Shown here piece after piece: positions 42,661-53,469 of a stretch of DNA of 64,000 nucleotides. The DNA is taken from contig CALLMV010000005.1 of assembly GCA_938005615.1 (NCBI GenBank), positions 8,323 through 72,322 on the forward strand, read 5' to 3'. Under the pieces are notes generated by a model that was given only the letters and a program-made list of their open reading frames with translations, was not told the DNA's origin and made no database searches. The translations under genes and the position numbers were made by a program. Each line of letters opens with the position of its first letter. Position 1 is the stretch's first letter. The DNA comes from an uncultured Verrucomicrobiae bacterium. Lineage in GTDB: Bacteria; Verrucomicrobiota; Verrucomicrobiia; JADLBR01; CALLMV01.

Positions 42661-43503
42661 TCAAGCCGTCTTGCGACGCATCGCAGCGAACAACACCGCG
42701 AAACCTGCCACAAGCGTCCCAGCAGACATCCACTGCCCCTGGGTAAAACCCCACGCCCAGAACACTCCATCATCCGGCTCGCGGAAAAACTCCGAAACCA
42801 CACGCATCGCAGAGTAAGCACACAACACGCACCCGCACACAAGCCCCGGCCTGCGAAACTTCCGCTGCGCCAGCACACCAACAACACCCACTACCACCCC
42901 CTCAAGCACCGAGGCATAAAGCGGGTACGGGTGCCGCGGCAGCATATCCCCGCTCTGAGGAAAAACAACCGCCCAAGGCACCAAGGCAGGGCGCCCCCAC
43001 AACTCGCCGTTTACAAAATTCGCAACCCGACCAATCGCCACCCCCCACGGCGCGGCCGCAGCCACCGCGTCAGAGAGCCTCCAGCCGTCCACTCCGTGCC
43101 TCCAAGCAAACCCAGCCACGGCCACACCCAGCCCGAGAGCCCCGCCATGGCTAGCCATCCCCCCTTCCCATACCCGCAAGGCGTAAAGTGGATCCCTCAT
43201 CACATTCTCCCAGGCGTAAAAAAGACAGTAGCCGAGGCGCCCGCCAAGCACCGTGCCCAGCACGACCCATGTCAGAAAATCCCCCACCCTCTCCCGTGGC
43301 AACCCCAGCCAGCCGCTACGTGCCCACTTGACGAAAAGCACATATGCCAACACAAAACCCACTACGTAAGCCAATCCATACCAACGCACCCCGATGCCAG
43401 GAGCAAACTCCACCGCAAACGGACTTAGATCATGCACCCAATAACTCGCCAACATTTCTCTTGATTTTTGACAGAAAGCCCCCATATTGTCCAGCTCACC
43501 CAC
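42661..43503 (-). CDS. lgt: prolipoprotein diacylglyceryl transferase
   Basis: YGLAYVVGFVLAY, LGGRLGYCLFY, GGMASHGGALGLGVA, NFVNGELWGRP. Confidence 0.85.
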   Translation of the reverse strand: MGELDNMGAFCQKSREMLASYWVHDLSPFAVEFAPGIGVRWYGLAYVVGFVLAYVLFVKWARSGWLGLPRERVGDFLTWVVLGTVLGGRLGYCLFYAWENVMRDPLYALRVWEGGMASHGGALGLGVAVAGFAWRHGVDGWRLSDAVAAAAPWGVAIGRVANFVNGELWGRPALVPWAVVFPQSGDMLPRHPYPLYASVLEGVVVGVVGVLAQRKFRRPGLVCGCVLCAYSAMRVVSEFFREPDDGVFWAWGFTQGQWMSAGTLVAGFAVLFAAMRRKTA

Positions 43504-43512
43504 TTACAAACT

Positions 43513-43827
43513 ATGGCCTACGCAGTAATCAAAACAGGTGGCAAGCAGTACCGCGTCGCGGAGGGCGATACCATCACGATAGAAAAACTCCCAGAACAGC
43601 CTGGCACAAAGGTCACCTTTACAGAAGTGCTCCTCGTCGGCGAAGGCGAGAGTGTGCGTGTAGGCCGCCCCCACGTCCAGGGCGCCAGCGTCACGGGAGA
43701 AATTCTCGAACAGTTCAAAGGCGATAAGGTCGTTGCCTTTAAATTCAAACGACGCAAAGGCTACCATCGCACCGTAGGCCACCGACAACAATTGACCAAA
43801 GTCAAAATTTCCGGAATCAACGGCTAA
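43513..43827 (+). CDS. rplU: 50S ribosomal protein L21
   Basis: [19 protein letters not shown]. The start is the internal ATG. Confidence 0.9.
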   Translation: MAYAVIKTGGKQYRVAEGDTITIEKLPEQPGTKVTFTEVLLVGEGESVRVGRPHVQGASVTGEILEQFKGDKVVAFKFKRRKGYHRTVGHRQQLTKVKISGING

Positions 43828-43848
43828 CACTCACTAGGAGCACACGTC

Positions 43849-44109
43849 ATGGCACACAAAAAAGGACAAGGCAGCGTTAAAAACGGACGCGACAGCAAGA
43901 GCAAACGTCTCGGTGTAAAAAGATTTGGTGGACAGAGTGTAAAGGCCGGCAGCATCATTGTGCGGCAACGCGGCACAAAATTCCACCCCGGCCTCAACGT
44001 CGGCTTGGGTCGCGATTATACCATTTACGCACTAGTGGACGGCACAGTGAAGTTCGACTCCAGTCGCGGGCGCAAGCGCGTAAACATTGTTCCTGCCTCA
44101 GCTAACTAA
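43849..44109 (+). CDS. rpmA: 50S ribosomal protein L27
   Basis: [29 protein letters not shown]. Confidence 0.95.
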   Translation: MAHKKGQGSVKNGRDSKSKRLGVKRFGGQSVKAGSIIVRQRGTKFHPGLNVGLGRDYTIYALVDGTVKFDSSRGRKRVNIVPASAN

Positions 44110-44238
44110 CAGCGTATCCCAGCCTCCCGGCTCCACAGAACTTTAAAAACTCCCACACCAGGCCGCAGATCTGCCTGAACCTCTTTAGTCTGCTTCAGGA
44201 GCTTGTGTTCACGCTGAGCCGGGGCAATACTCAGTGAA

Positions 44239-44991
44239 ATGAAAGAAATCCTTGAGAAGCTACTTCAAATGTCTCACGAGTTGGGTCGGGAGGAGTTACA
44301 CCTGACAATTCTCGGCGAAGGGAACACATCTGCCCGTGTGAGCAAAGAGCAGTTTTACGTGAAAGCCTCTGGATCAACTCTTGGCACACTCTCAGAGAAA
44401 GACGTCACACTGTGCGACACCAAGAAGGTTCTGGACTTACTTGAACTAGAGTCGCCTAGCGATACGGCCGTGGATGAGACACTGCTTGCAGCACGTGTGG
44501 ATGAAAAAGCCCGCAAACCGAGCGTGGAGGCACTCTTTCATGCCTGGCTGCTCACCCTACCCGAAGTCAACTTCGTGGGGCACACACACAGCATCGCAGT
44601 CAATGCCATCCTCTGTTCACCCCGAGCGCGAGAATTTGCGGAGAAACGATTGTTTCCAGACGAGGTGGTGTGCTGCGGCAGCAAATCGGTGTACGTGCCA
44701 TACACCGATCCCGGATTGGCGCTGGCCCGAGCCATCCGCCATGCTGTGCGGGAGTATCAGACGGTATATGATTTTGCTCCCCGGGTGATCCTGCTAGAAA
44801 ACCACGGCATCATCACAATCGGCCCCACCCCGGAGGCAGTGATTGCCGCAATGCGTATGGCAGACAAGGCCGCCCGCATTTTCCTTGGAGCGGCTCAAGT
44901 CCAAGGCCCAAGATTCCTCTCGGCCGAACAGGTCAAACGCATTGCGGGACGGCAGGATGAAAAATACAGGCAACAAGCCTTGGGAATTTGA
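44239..44991 (+). CDS. class II aldolase/adducin-family protein
   Basis: EGNTSARV, ASGSTLG, VGHTHSIAVNA metal-binding His cluster. Confidence 0.7.
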   Translation: MKEILEKLLQMSHELGREELHLTILGEGNTSARVSKEQFYVKASGSTLGTLSEKDVTLCDTKKVLDLLELESPSDTAVDETLLAARVDEKARKPSVEALFHAWLLTLPEVNFVGHTHSIAVNAILCSPRAREFAEKRLFPDEVVCCGSKSVYVPYTDPGLALARAIRHAVREYQTVYDFAPRVILLENHGIITIGPTPEAVIAAMRMADKAARIFLGAAQVQGPRFLSAEQVKRIAGRQDEKYRQQALGI

Positions 44992-45015
44992 GCCAGACTT
45001 CAGACAGGGCATGAG

Positions 45016-45885
45016 ATGCGAGCAAGCACGCCCCCACATTTCTGCAGCTCTGCGAAATTGGGCAGAGAATTTGCAGACTGGGTGCCGGCAACCATTGTGC
45101 GAGAGCTTCGCCAAGGGCTGAGTTCGAGAATTTTTCAAACAACGTTTTTATTGAGTGGATGTGTGTTTCCACTGTGGATTGTGGTCCAGGCCGCGATGTT
45201 AGATAGACAGACGGGAACGGATAGTCTTATACAAACACAAATTTATTTCTGGGTGGTGCTTGGGCTAGTGCTGGTGGTATTGGTGCCTCTGGGGGGCTTC
45301 TCGGCATTGGAGCAGGAGTGTGCGGGAGGTGCACTGGAGCTTGTTGCATTGGCGGGGGTGACGTCCAACGCTGTGGTGTTTGCGAAGTGGTGGGCGATCG
45401 TTGTGCAGTCCCTTTTGGTGAGTGCGCAGGTGCTGCCTCTGCTGGTGATGTCATACTTCCTCGGGGGGCTCGAAACGGTGCGGCAAGTGGATTATTTGTC
45501 TGCGTTACTCTCGCTTTCTGCAGTTGCTGCTGCTGTGGTTTTGTTTAACTCGCGGTTCATTTTGGTTGTGCGTTTGGTGCTCTTTGGGGTTGAGCTGGTA
45601 CTGGGCGTTTTTGTATTGTTCGTGTTGGGTGCTTTATTTTATTACATTCCTTGGGCAATATCATTCTTCACACCACTTATGCTGATTATAAGCTGGTACT
45701 TCACACGCGAGCTGATTGCGCACCCGGCAGAACCGATTGCAAAGAACAAGTTGCTACCGGCACTTTTGGCTATGATCGCATGCTTTCTGCCCTTGGTGCC
45801 ATGGCTACGCAGCGGGCTGATAGGGCTGGGCGTGACACTCATTTTTGCCTGGTTGTGGATGCAATCTGAAAGGATCCAGAAATGA
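45016..45885 (+). CDS. ABC-2-type transporter permease-like membrane protein
   Basis: N-terminal TIVRELRQGLSSRIF and loop GGALELVALAGVTSNAVVFAKWWA (ABC-2 'E.L...P.S...I..GK' motif); 6 TM. Confidence 0.5.
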   Translation: MRASTPPHFCSSAKLGREFADWVPATIVRELRQGLSSRIFQTTFLLSGCVFPLWIVVQAAMLDRQTGTDSLIQTQIYFWVVLGLVLVVLVPLGGFSALEQECAGGALELVALAGVTSNAVVFAKWWAIVVQSLLVSAQVLPLLVMSYFLGGLETVRQVDYLSALLSLSAVAAAVVLFNSRFILVVRLVLFGVELVLGVFVLFVLGALFYYIPWAISFFTPLMLIISWYFTRELIAHPAEPIAKNKLLPALLAMIACFLPLVPWLRSGLIGLGVTLIFAWLWMQSERIQK

Positions 45886-47372
45886 GTTATTTTGCCTTGA
45901 GAGATTTTCCTGACTGGCTGAGCCCTGTGCTGGTTAAGGAGCTTCGGCAGGGACTTCGCAGTCGGGCTTTTTTGGTGACATTCGTGTTGCTACATTTGGT
46001 GATGGGGGTGTATTTACTGCTGGCAGCGTTATCCTTTGAGCTGCACAGTTTCGCTTCGCAGGACGGCAGGACTCATTTCTCCGATTTTACACCGTTTGAT
46101 GTGTTCTTTTGGATCATACTCGCGGTGCCTTTGCTGATCGTGCTTCCTATGCGTGGCAGTCGTGTGCTTTCCGAAGAATTCTCTGGTGCAAAGATGGATA
46201 TGATTTACTTGACACATTTGGGGACTGCGGGGGTGGTCCTCGGCAAGTGGGTGGCTGTAAATGCGATGATCGTGTTGTTTGTCATCGCCGTCTTACCGTA
46301 TCTGCTGGCGCGCTATTTTCTGGGGTTGGATATTGTTTCGGATTTTCGGATGTTGGCCCAATTTACATTTGTGGCTATGTGGGTCGGTACGTTGTACATC
46401 GGCTATTCCGGGGCAGTGGTGCCTGTACGGCGTGCGATTGTATTGCCAGCACTCTTTCTGGCGGCAGGGATGCCCTTTACAATGAGCGCGTTTTTTTTCA
46501 ATCAGGCAGGGGTGCAGTCAGATTGGAGCGAAAAAATAACGGTGTTTGTCGGGCTGTTGTGTATCGCGGGTTACTGGTTGTTGGCAGCCATGTGGAAGGC
46601 CGGGCACAATTCCGGGCTGTGGTATCTGGGAAAACGGGCGCTTTTGGTGGTGTTTGCGCTGCTCGGGCTTTGGTTCATGCGTGAGGATAATTTTTTAAAA
46701 TTCTGGTCTGTGGTTTTTTGGGTGGCTTTGTACTTTGGGATTATAGATGAGCTGCAGGATGGTTCAGTGTTAACTTCCCGGCATGCAGTGCTCCTGGCTA
46801 GGCTGCCTAACATGTTTCGTTGGTCGTTGCGCTGGGTGTATCCCGGATGGTACTGGGCGGTGTTCTACCTTGGGGTGCTTGTGTTGCTGATGTTTGGGGC
46901 GATGTTTTATTTATTCCCTTTGATAGATACACTGACAGGTATTGCACAAAGAAATGAGAACTTGTTGCATAGCTTTAGATTTGTAGCGTCATTTTGGTTG
47001 AGTATGTTGCTGGGCGTGGTGGTGGGGCATGGATTGCTGGGGCGATTACGCCTGCCCGGTCTTGTGATGGTTGTGTTCCATGTGCTGATGGCTTTAAGCG
47101 GGCGCTTTGTGATCGAGCTTTTAGACGAGTCAATCATTCAGAATGTGACTTTATTGTTTTTCCCTGTGACGCTTGCGCTGTTCGATCTGTTTGAACCGTC
47201 GAGTGTGGACAGCCTTGCCAATTGGGAGCAAATCGTCGGCTTTGTTTACTTGCCTTTGTGTTTGGTGTTGATGGCTGTGATGCATTTTGTTGGCACTGGT
47301 CAGAGAGCTGAGGCCGCCCTGCTGGAGCGAGAAGTGGAGGAAGATTTGAGGCGTCATGTACCCAGGGGTTGA
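45882..47372 (+). CDS. ABC-2-type permease-like membrane protein with extra C-terminal TM domain
   Basis: Paralogous N-terminus VLVKELRQGLRSRAF and GAKMDMIYLTHLGTAGVVLGKWVA; about 12 TM; 4-nt overlaps on both sides. Confidence 0.5.
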   Translation: MSYFALRDFPDWLSPVLVKELRQGLRSRAFLVTFVLLHLVMGVYLLLAALSFELHSFASQDGRTHFSDFTPFDVFFWIILAVPLLIVLPMRGSRVLSEEFSGAKMDMIYLTHLGTAGVVLGKWVAVNAMIVLFVIAVLPYLLARYFLGLDIVSDFRMLAQFTFVAMWVGTLYIGYSGAVVPVRRAIVLPALFLAAGMPFTMSAFFFNQAGVQSDWSEKITVFVGLLCIAGYWLLAAMWKAGHNSGLWYLGKRALLVVFALLGLWFMREDNFLKFWSVVFWVALYFGIIDELQDGSVLTSRHAVLLARLPNMFRWSLRWVYPGWYWAVFYLGVLVLLMFGAMFYLFPLIDTLTGIAQRNENLLHSFRFVASFWLSMLLGVVVGHGLLGRLRLPGLVMVVFHVLMALSGRFVIELLDESIIQNVTLLFFPVTLALFDLFEPSSVDSLANWEQIVGFVYLPLCLVLMAVMHFVGTGQRAEAALLEREVEEDLRRHVPRG

Positions 47373-47375
47373 ACA

Positions 47376-48251
47376 ATGCTGTCGGATTCTGAAAAAACTC
47401 AGGTACGCGCATCGGCTGCTGCAGCCTCCAGATGCTTCTCACTGCCGTTCCGACGCCGCACTTGGCGAGGCGCTGCAGGCAATTGGCAAGGCGTAGGGGT
47501 GGGTTCCTCGCTGGATTTTCAGGATCACCGCGCTTATGTGCCTGGGGATGATCCGCGGTATATAAACTGGTTTGCGTATGCACGCACCGGGCAGTACACG
47601 ATGAAACTGTATCGGTCGGAGATCAGCCCCGTGGTAGATGTAGCGCTTGATGCCTCACCCTCGATGCGTCTTGTTCGCGCAAAATGGCTTCGGGCGGTGG
47701 AGTTGCTCTGCTTTTGCATGGCGAGCGCTGGACGCGCAGGTGCTTCTGTGCGGATTTATCTCACTGGTACAGGACGGGCGGAGGTATTTGATTTTGACCG
47801 CACTGTTTCATTGGACTTTGGTAAACTGCCTGTCGATGGCACGGGGGCAGGTCTTGCAGGTCTGGAAACGGTGCCCTGGCGGGCAAACTCTTTGAGGGTA
47901 TTGATTAGTGATTTACTTTTTCCAGCTCACGTGGCAACCCGCACAGCAGGGGCGTTTGCAAGTACGGGATTCACAGTCGTGCTGGCCCCCTGGGCACATG
48001 AAGAGTGGGAGCCAAGCTGGGAGGGACTAGTGGAGCTATGTGACGTGGAGTCGCCAGAGCGGCGGGTGCGCAAGATTAATCCAGAGCTACTGCGCAGGTA
48101 TGCTGCCAGTTACAGCGGGCACTTTGAGTGGTGGAGAGATTTTGTCCGCCGTAGACACGGGGTGCTTGCCAGAGTGCAAGCTGATAAGCCATTTGTGCAA
48201 GCCCTTCGCATGGAGTGTCCAGCAACAGGTGCACTGGAGGCGGTGTTGTGA
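47376..48251 (+). CDS. DUF58 (vWA-fold) protein
   Basis: LDFQDHRAYVPGDDPRYINWFAYARTGQYTMKLY is the DUF58 signature. Confidence 0.7.
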   Translation: MLSDSEKTQVRASAAAASRCFSLPFRRRTWRGAAGNWQGVGVGSSLDFQDHRAYVPGDDPRYINWFAYARTGQYTMKLYRSEISPVVDVALDASPSMRLVRAKWLRAVELLCFCMASAGRAGASVRIYLTGTGRAEVFDFDRTVSLDFGKLPVDGTGAGLAGLETVPWRANSLRVLISDLLFPAHVATRTAGAFASTGFTVVLAPWAHEEWEPSWEGLVELCDVESPERRVRKINPELLRRYAASYSGHFEWWRDFVRRRHGVLARVQADKPFVQALRMECPATGALEAVL

Positions 48252-50002
48252 TCTTCTCTAACCCGGCAGCTTTGTGGCTTCTGGCGAGTTTGCCTGTGTT
48301 GTTGGTTATTTATTTCCTGCAACAGCGCTCTCGTGTGCAACGGGTCAGCACACTGTTCCTTTTGGAGCGTGTGATGGATGAAACGCGAGGTGGAGCAAGG
48401 CTGAGGTATTTGCGCAGTTCCTGGCCACTGGTGTTACAATTGTTAGCATTGGCTACAATAGGTTTGTTTCTGGCTCAACCAGTCTATTTAGATACTTCAA
48501 CACGACAACGTGTGGCTGTGGTACTGGACGAATCGGCGTCTATGGAGGCATTCCGCAGGGAGTCGATCGAGCTGCTACGTGCTAAAGGCCGTAGCATTAG
48601 CGCAGGCGCAGGCCGCACGGATTGGCAAGTCGTGGGTAGTTTGCGCGGAGGCAAAGTCATTTACTCCGGGGAGAATCTCGAAGAGTTACTTGCTGCCGTG
48701 GAGAGCGAGTGGCAGCCCTCACAGCCTAGACACGATGCTACACCAGTTCTACGCTCTGTACGTGCCAGTGTGGGAAGTGAGGGGCATGTTTTGTTTTTGA
48801 CGTGTCGTGATGATGTGAGCTTACCGGGTGTCATACGGATTTCTGCGGGGCGTGCTTTGGATAATGTGGCAATTTCTGGATTTCGCTTTGTTGGCGAAAA
48901 CAACGATGTGTTTAGGGTGGTTTTACGAAATTTGGGTAACACACCTACAGTCAGGGAACTGCAAATGCGGGTTGAAGGGCTAAATCCGACAGTTACGAAG
49001 GTGCATCTTGAATCTGACGGTGTGGCAGAAGCTGCTTTTCGCTGGCCTGAGGGGGAATTTTCTCGCGTGGTTCTGGAGCTATTGCCTGGTGATGCGTTGC
49101 GTTTGGACGATTTTCTCCCATTAGTCCGGCCTGAGAGAAAAGTGCTCAAAGTGGCACTTGATGAAAGCTTAAGCAGTCGCCAGCAACGCCACATGATTCG
49201 CCTGCTGAAGGCTGTGCCCGAATCAGCCGTGATTTTAGATATGCCCAAGGCTGCGGATGTGGTTGTGCGTGCGAGCTTATCCAAAGATAACGAAAGTTGG
49301 TTGCCTAACAGTAACGAGCTGGTGATTGCCTCAGAGACGAGCATGAAAGTCCCGAGCGAGGGACAGCCGATTGTGCCTACAACTCATCCTCTGGTGAGGC
49401 ATCTGTCGTTTCAACGCTTAAGGGTTATAGAAATGGTGGAAACAGAAATTTTTCCTGAGGATGAAGCGCTGCTTTGGTCCGGTAACAGGCCGCTGGCTTT
49501 CATGCGAAAAGCAAGAGGTAACTCACAACTCATCTTTGCTGCAGATCCATCAGATCCGCTCGTGGACGACGATGCTTCTTTGTTGCTTATGCTGCTCCGT
49601 TTTTTTGAGGATATTAGGCAGCGGGACGGCGGCTGGAGGGCGGGAAATTTCACTGCTGGTCAGCCCCTGGCTTTTGGAGCAAACACCGGTGATCTGTTGC
49701 TCCAGATATTACCCGTCGGTAAACCTGAGCGACGGGAGTCGGCAAGCAGGTCTTTTCGAGCACCAGCCGCACCTTCGCATTGGTCGGTCTTTTCCGATGG
49801 CACGGAGTTGCTACGCGGGACGAGTTATTTTGCGGATATCGCTGCGTCTGAATTGCGAAATTGTCTGAAGTTGGATGAAGCGTTTGTAATTTTGAATGTA
49901 AACCTTGCGAGAAATTATAAACCAATTGAGCACGGGTGGGCCGTCTCTTTGACTCTGCTTGTGTTATTTCTCGGAGTGTGGTTTCTCCAGTCGAGAGTTT
50001 AG
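48248..50002 (+). CDS. BatA-like protein: N-terminal double-TM 'aerotolerance regulator' domain, vWA domain with DESAS MIDAS, C-terminal TM
   Basis: IFSNPAALWLLASLPVLLVIYFLQQRSR (BatA N-terminal pattern), VAVVLDESASM (DxSxS). The start is placed at a GTG giving a GTGA overlap with the DUF58 stop. Confidence 0.55.
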   Translation: MIFSNPAALWLLASLPVLLVIYFLQQRSRVQRVSTLFLLERVMDETRGGARLRYLRSSWPLVLQLLALATIGLFLAQPVYLDTSTRQRVAVVLDESASMEAFRRESIELLRAKGRSISAGAGRTDWQVVGSLRGGKVIYSGENLEELLAAVESEWQPSQPRHDATPVLRSVRASVGSEGHVLFLTCRDDVSLPGVIRISAGRALDNVAISGFRFVGENNDVFRVVLRNLGNTPTVRELQMRVEGLNPTVTKVHLESDGVAEAAFRWPEGEFSRVVLELLPGDALRLDDFLPLVRPERKVLKVALDESLSSRQQRHMIRLLKAVPESAVILDMPKAADVVVRASLSKDNESWLPNSNELVIASETSMKVPSEGQPIVPTTHPLVRHLSFQRLRVIEMVETEIFPEDEALLWSGNRPLAFMRKARGNSQLIFAADPSDPLVDDDASLLLMLLRFFEDIRQRDGGWRAGNFTAGQPLAFGANTGDLLLQILPVGKPERRESASRSFRAPAAPSHWSVFSDGTELLRGTSYFADIAASELRNCLKLDEAFVILNVNLARNYKPIEHGWAVSLTLLVLFLGVWFLQSRV

Positions 50003-50065
50003 GCTCTATTACCCTCTACTAAAAAGGGTTGGGGTTGCAAATTTTCTTGAGAGGAATCAAGGGTA

Positions 50066-52234
50066 TTGCAATTATGCCGGACGATGTTGAGTGATTTTTT
50101 GATAAACAACGGATACACTCTTAGTCTGTTGCTGGCTATTGTGGCAGTGGGTGTAGCGATATTTTTGGTGCGTTGGATTCTCTCAAAGGATTCAGGGACC
50201 GAGCGAATGCGAGAGGTCGCACGGGCAGTACAGTTGGGCGCAAAGGCTTACTTGAACAGACAGGTGGCAACAATTTCCACGTTTATCGTGATCATTGGCG
50301 TGGTGCTGGTATTCATCCGGGATGGAGCAACGGCTCTAGGGTTTCTCGGGGGAGCGGTATTTTCGCTGGCTGCAGGTTACATTGGGATGACGATCGCAGT
50401 ACGTGCTAACGTGCGTACTGCTGCGGCTGCAAGGGTTTCTTGTTTTTCTGCCTTGCGTGTGGCTTTCAATGGCGGTGCGGTGACTGGTTTACTGGTCGTT
50501 GGAATGGCGCTCTTGTCGGTGGGCTTATTTTTTGTGCTAGTTGGGAAGGTGACAGGGGAAGTAAGGGTTGCAGTGCACGCGCTGGTGGGGCTTGCTCTGG
50601 GGAGCAGCTTAATCAGCGTGTTTGCTCGTTTAGGCGGAGGCATCTACACAAAGGCGGCAGATGTAGGCGCAGATTTGGTAGGGAAAATAGAAAGTGGACT
50701 GGACGAGGATGATCCGCGAAATCCTGCAACGATCGCCGATAATGTCGGTGATAACGTGGGGGATTGCGCCGGAATGGCTGCTGATGTCTTCGAGACATAT
50801 GCGGTAAGTTTGATTGGTGCGATTTTGGTAGGCTATCTTATTTTGCCGGGCAGCGCGGCCGCCTTACAGCTTCCCTTTTTAATTGGCGGTATCTCGGTGA
50901 TTGGTGCGCTTGCTGGCATCGCTTACGTCAATTTAACCAAACGGAGTGCTGCTAAGGCTTTGAATGAATCGGTGGTTGTCGCTGGGGTCGTGTCAGCCGT
51001 TTTGCTGTGGCCGGTGATTGGCGGGCTTTTCCCCGAACCAATCACCGCGGCGGGAAAAGAGATCAGCGCAGCAGGTATATTTGGTGCGGCGATGGTGGGA
51101 TTGCTGATGACCTTTGTCGTGGTTTGGATCACCAACTACTACACTGCTACAGACTTCAAGCCCGTACGCAGTATAGCAGATGCATGCCAGACTGGCCATG
51201 CAACGGCAATCATCCGCGGCTTGAGTGTGGGACAACATGCCACTGCATTACCCGTGGGGTTTATCGGAATCGCAATTCTCTTGTCATTTTCATTTGCTGG
51301 TTTGTTCGGCATCGCGATTGCGGTGATGGCGATGTTGAGCATGGCTGGGATTATCATCTCGCTAGACGCTTTCGGACCAATTACAGACAACGCCGGAGGC
51401 ATTGCCGTAATGGGCGGGTTGCCGAAAGATGTGCGTGCGGTAACTGATGAACTGGACGCCGTGGGCAACACAATGAAGGCTGTCACCAAAGGTTATGCCA
51501 TCGCATCTGCAGGCCTTGCAGCACTCGTGTTGTTTGGTTCATACGTAGAAGAGTTGCGCATGTTCAAAGGTCTTGATCCGGAAGAGTTCACTCGTCAGTT
51601 TTCGTTTTCCCTGAGTGAGCCAGAAGTGATCATTGGCTTGTTCATCGGCGGATTACTCCCATTTATCTTCACGGCCTTTAGTATGGATGCGGTTGGGAAA
51701 GCAGCGGGTGCCGTAGTACGCGAAGTCAGACGCCAGCTCGCGGCCAAGCCAGGTATTCTAAAAGGGGAAGATTTGCCAGATTATGATGTTTGCGTCGATA
51801 TCGTGACAAAGTCGGCTCTTCGCGAAATGATCACTCCAGCATTGCTGCCTGTATTCTTTGTAGTGGGTGTTGCACTCCTACCCGGAATGGGTGAAGTGGT
51901 GCTTGGCGGTGTACTAGTTGGCACGATTGTTACGGGCTTATTTGTGGGCATCGCAATGACATCCTCTGGAGGGGCTTGGGACAACGCTAAGAAATTCATC
52001 GAAGAAGGAAACTTCGGAGGCAAGGGCAGCGATGCGCACGCTGCCGCGGTGACTGGTGATACAGTCGGTGACCCATACAAAGACACAGCCGGTCCTGCCG
52101 TCAATCCAATGATTAAAGTTGTAAATATTTTGGCAATTTTAATTATTCCATTTCTTTTATCTGATGCACCTCAGGCTGGCCTAGCTAGTGAGGAATCATC
52201 AAGGCCTCCACATCAACAAGTCGAAATACCGTAG
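50066..52234 (+). CDS. hppA: membrane-bound proton/sodium-translocating pyrophosphatase
   Basis: [37 protein letters not shown], 16-TM architecture. The start may be 50084. Confidence 0.9.
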   Translation: MQLCRTMLSDFLINNGYTLSLLLAIVAVGVAIFLVRWILSKDSGTERMREVARAVQLGAKAYLNRQVATISTFIVIIGVVLVFIRDGATALGFLGGAVFSLAAGYIGMTIAVRANVRTAAAARVSCFSALRVAFNGGAVTGLLVVGMALLSVGLFFVLVGKVTGEVRVAVHALVGLALGSSLISVFARLGGGIYTKAADVGADLVGKIESGLDEDDPRNPATIADNVGDNVGDCAGMAADVFETYAVSLIGAILVGYLILPGSAAALQLPFLIGGISVIGALAGIAYVNLTKRSAAKALNESVVVAGVVSAVLLWPVIGGLFPEPITAAGKEISAAGIFGAAMVGLLMTFVVVWITNYYTATDFKPVRSIADACQTGHATAIIRGLSVGQHATALPVGFIGIAILLSFSFAGLFGIAIAVMAMLSMAGIIISLDAFGPITDNAGGIAVMGGLPKDVRAVTDELDAVGNTMKAVTKGYAIASAGLAALVLFGSYVEELRMFKGLDPEEFTRQFSFSLSEPEVIIGLFIGGLLPFIFTAFSMDAVGKAAGAVVREVRRQLAAKPGILKGEDLPDYDVCVDIVTKSALREMITPALLPVFFVVGVALLPGMGEVVLGGVLVGTIVTGLFVGIAMTSSGGAWDNAKKFIEEGNFGGKGSDAHAAAVTGDTVGDPYKDTAGPAVNPMIKVVNILAILIIPFLLSDAPQAGLASEESSRPPHQQVEIP

Positions 52235-53248
52235 CCCCTCTTCGAGCAAGAGGGGTCCGCTCCGGGGATTGCGGCGCAAAACGCGACCAATAGTCATGGA
52301 GTTTTGTAAACTACGACTATAATCAAACCAGGCTGCCTCGGGTTGTTCCACTGAAAAAGTAGCCGCTTCAAACTTCAACGGAAGGCCAATTTGGCTGCAA
52401 GTGACAAGCCAGGAAGCAGGCTGTGGCTGGGAGAGGCCGCCTGATGTGAGGAAATCGAATCTTCTCTGAAAATCAAAAGGGCGTCGCACAGCGGGTAAGC
52501 GAACTTTGTAACAAGCTTTTTGATTGGCAAATACTTCAGGAATACTCAAAGGCCTACCTTCTCGAGTGGCTTCAAGTAAAGGGATCGGATCAATTCCGAG
52601 CAGGTTGATGCCATTAAATTTTCCATGGTGGTTTTGATCCTCATCGCGGCGTTTCCCTCGTTCTTCAAACCATGAGGGAAAATTTCTATTCAACAGGAAA
52701 GCTACCTCAAAATGAAGATGTGCTCGCTCTTTATTAATGCCCCGGCCCGTATAACCCATAACTGCAATTTGCTCGCCTGCTTTAACGTGCTTGCCGCTCT
52801 GCACCAAGTTGACAGCATTGTGCGCATAAAGCGTGTAAATGTCGTATTTACCCAGTGAGTGTCGAATCACAATGAAGTGACCGTAATTTGATTTGTGGGG
52901 GTCATCGGTGACGTGGACGACAATTCCATCAGCAGCAGCATAGATGGGGTCGAGCGGTTCCCCGTTCTTATCACGGCGCAGCGGCCGGATATCAATCCCT
53001 TCATGGAAGCGGTCAAAGATACGTGGCGGCTCAGTACTGGAGCGTGTGAATCCGTACATCCCAGAAATCAGACGACCACTGACCGTGGGAGTGTAAAATT
53101 TTTCCGGCTGCCTGCGAAAAAGATAATCGTTATCCGTGGGAAGACGCACAGCGAAAGGAGGTTCTGGGTCAGGGCTCCGATCGCTTGCTTCAGCATACCA
53201 AGATATGCCTAAGACGGTTAAAAAAAGGACAAAAGATAACAAACGCAC
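52199..53248 (-). CDS. M23-family metallopeptidase
   Basis: HEGIDI, HxH motif (AHLHFEV), LytM fold; signal peptide. Confidence 0.8.
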   Translation of the reverse strand: MRLLSFVLFLTVLGISWYAEASDRSPDPEPPFAVRLPTDNDYLFRRQPEKFYTPTVSGRLISGMYGFTRSSTEPPRIFDRFHEGIDIRPLRRDKNGEPLDPIYAAADGIVVHVTDDPHKSNYGHFIVIRHSLGKYDIYTLYAHNAVNLVQSGKHVKAGEQIAVMGYTGRGINKERAHLHFEVAFLLNRNFPSWFEERGKRRDEDQNHHGKFNGINLLGIDPIPLLEATREGRPLSIPEVFANQKACYKVRLPAVRRPFDFQRRFDFLTSGGLSQPQPASWLVTCSQIGLPLKFEAATFSVEQPEAAWFDYSRSLQNSMTIGRVLRRNPRSGPLLLEEGLRYFDLLMWRP

Positions 53249-53293
53249 GCCATATTAAGTCGAACTCAAAGAACCCCTGCAAGCTTAAGAAAA

Positions 53294-53375
53294 TGCGCGA
53301 GGGGGGACTTGAACCCCCACGGATTGCTCCATACGCCCCTCAAACGTACGTGTCTGCCAATTCCACCACTCGCGC
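53294..53375 (-). tRNA. tRNA-Leu (anticodon GAG), 82 nt, long variable arm, CCA not encoded
   Basis: Reverse complement reads GCGCGAG-TG-GTG..CAC-G-TACGT-TTGAGGG-GCGTA-(var arm)-GGGGG-TTCAAGT-CCCCC-CTCGCGC-A. Acceptor and T stems are perfect. Confidence 0.8.
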
Positions 53376-53469
53376 GGAATAGATTTTAGTTATCCAGTAC
53401 AACGGAAGTATCAAGCGAAATTGAGCTTATGGTGCGTATTTTTTTGATGCATGGAGGATTTTCTGGCTC

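Noticed and set aside
44110-44238. Inverted repeat CCTGAA...TTCAGG after rpmA as a terminator
   Set aside because: Short 6-bp stem, 15-nt loop, no downstream T-tract.
46109-46684. 191-aa ORF in an alternate frame of the second ABC-2 permease gene; similar cases at 48661-49344 and 5329-5715
   Set aside because: Overlap real genes; Cys/Arg/Gly-rich composition; no motifs.
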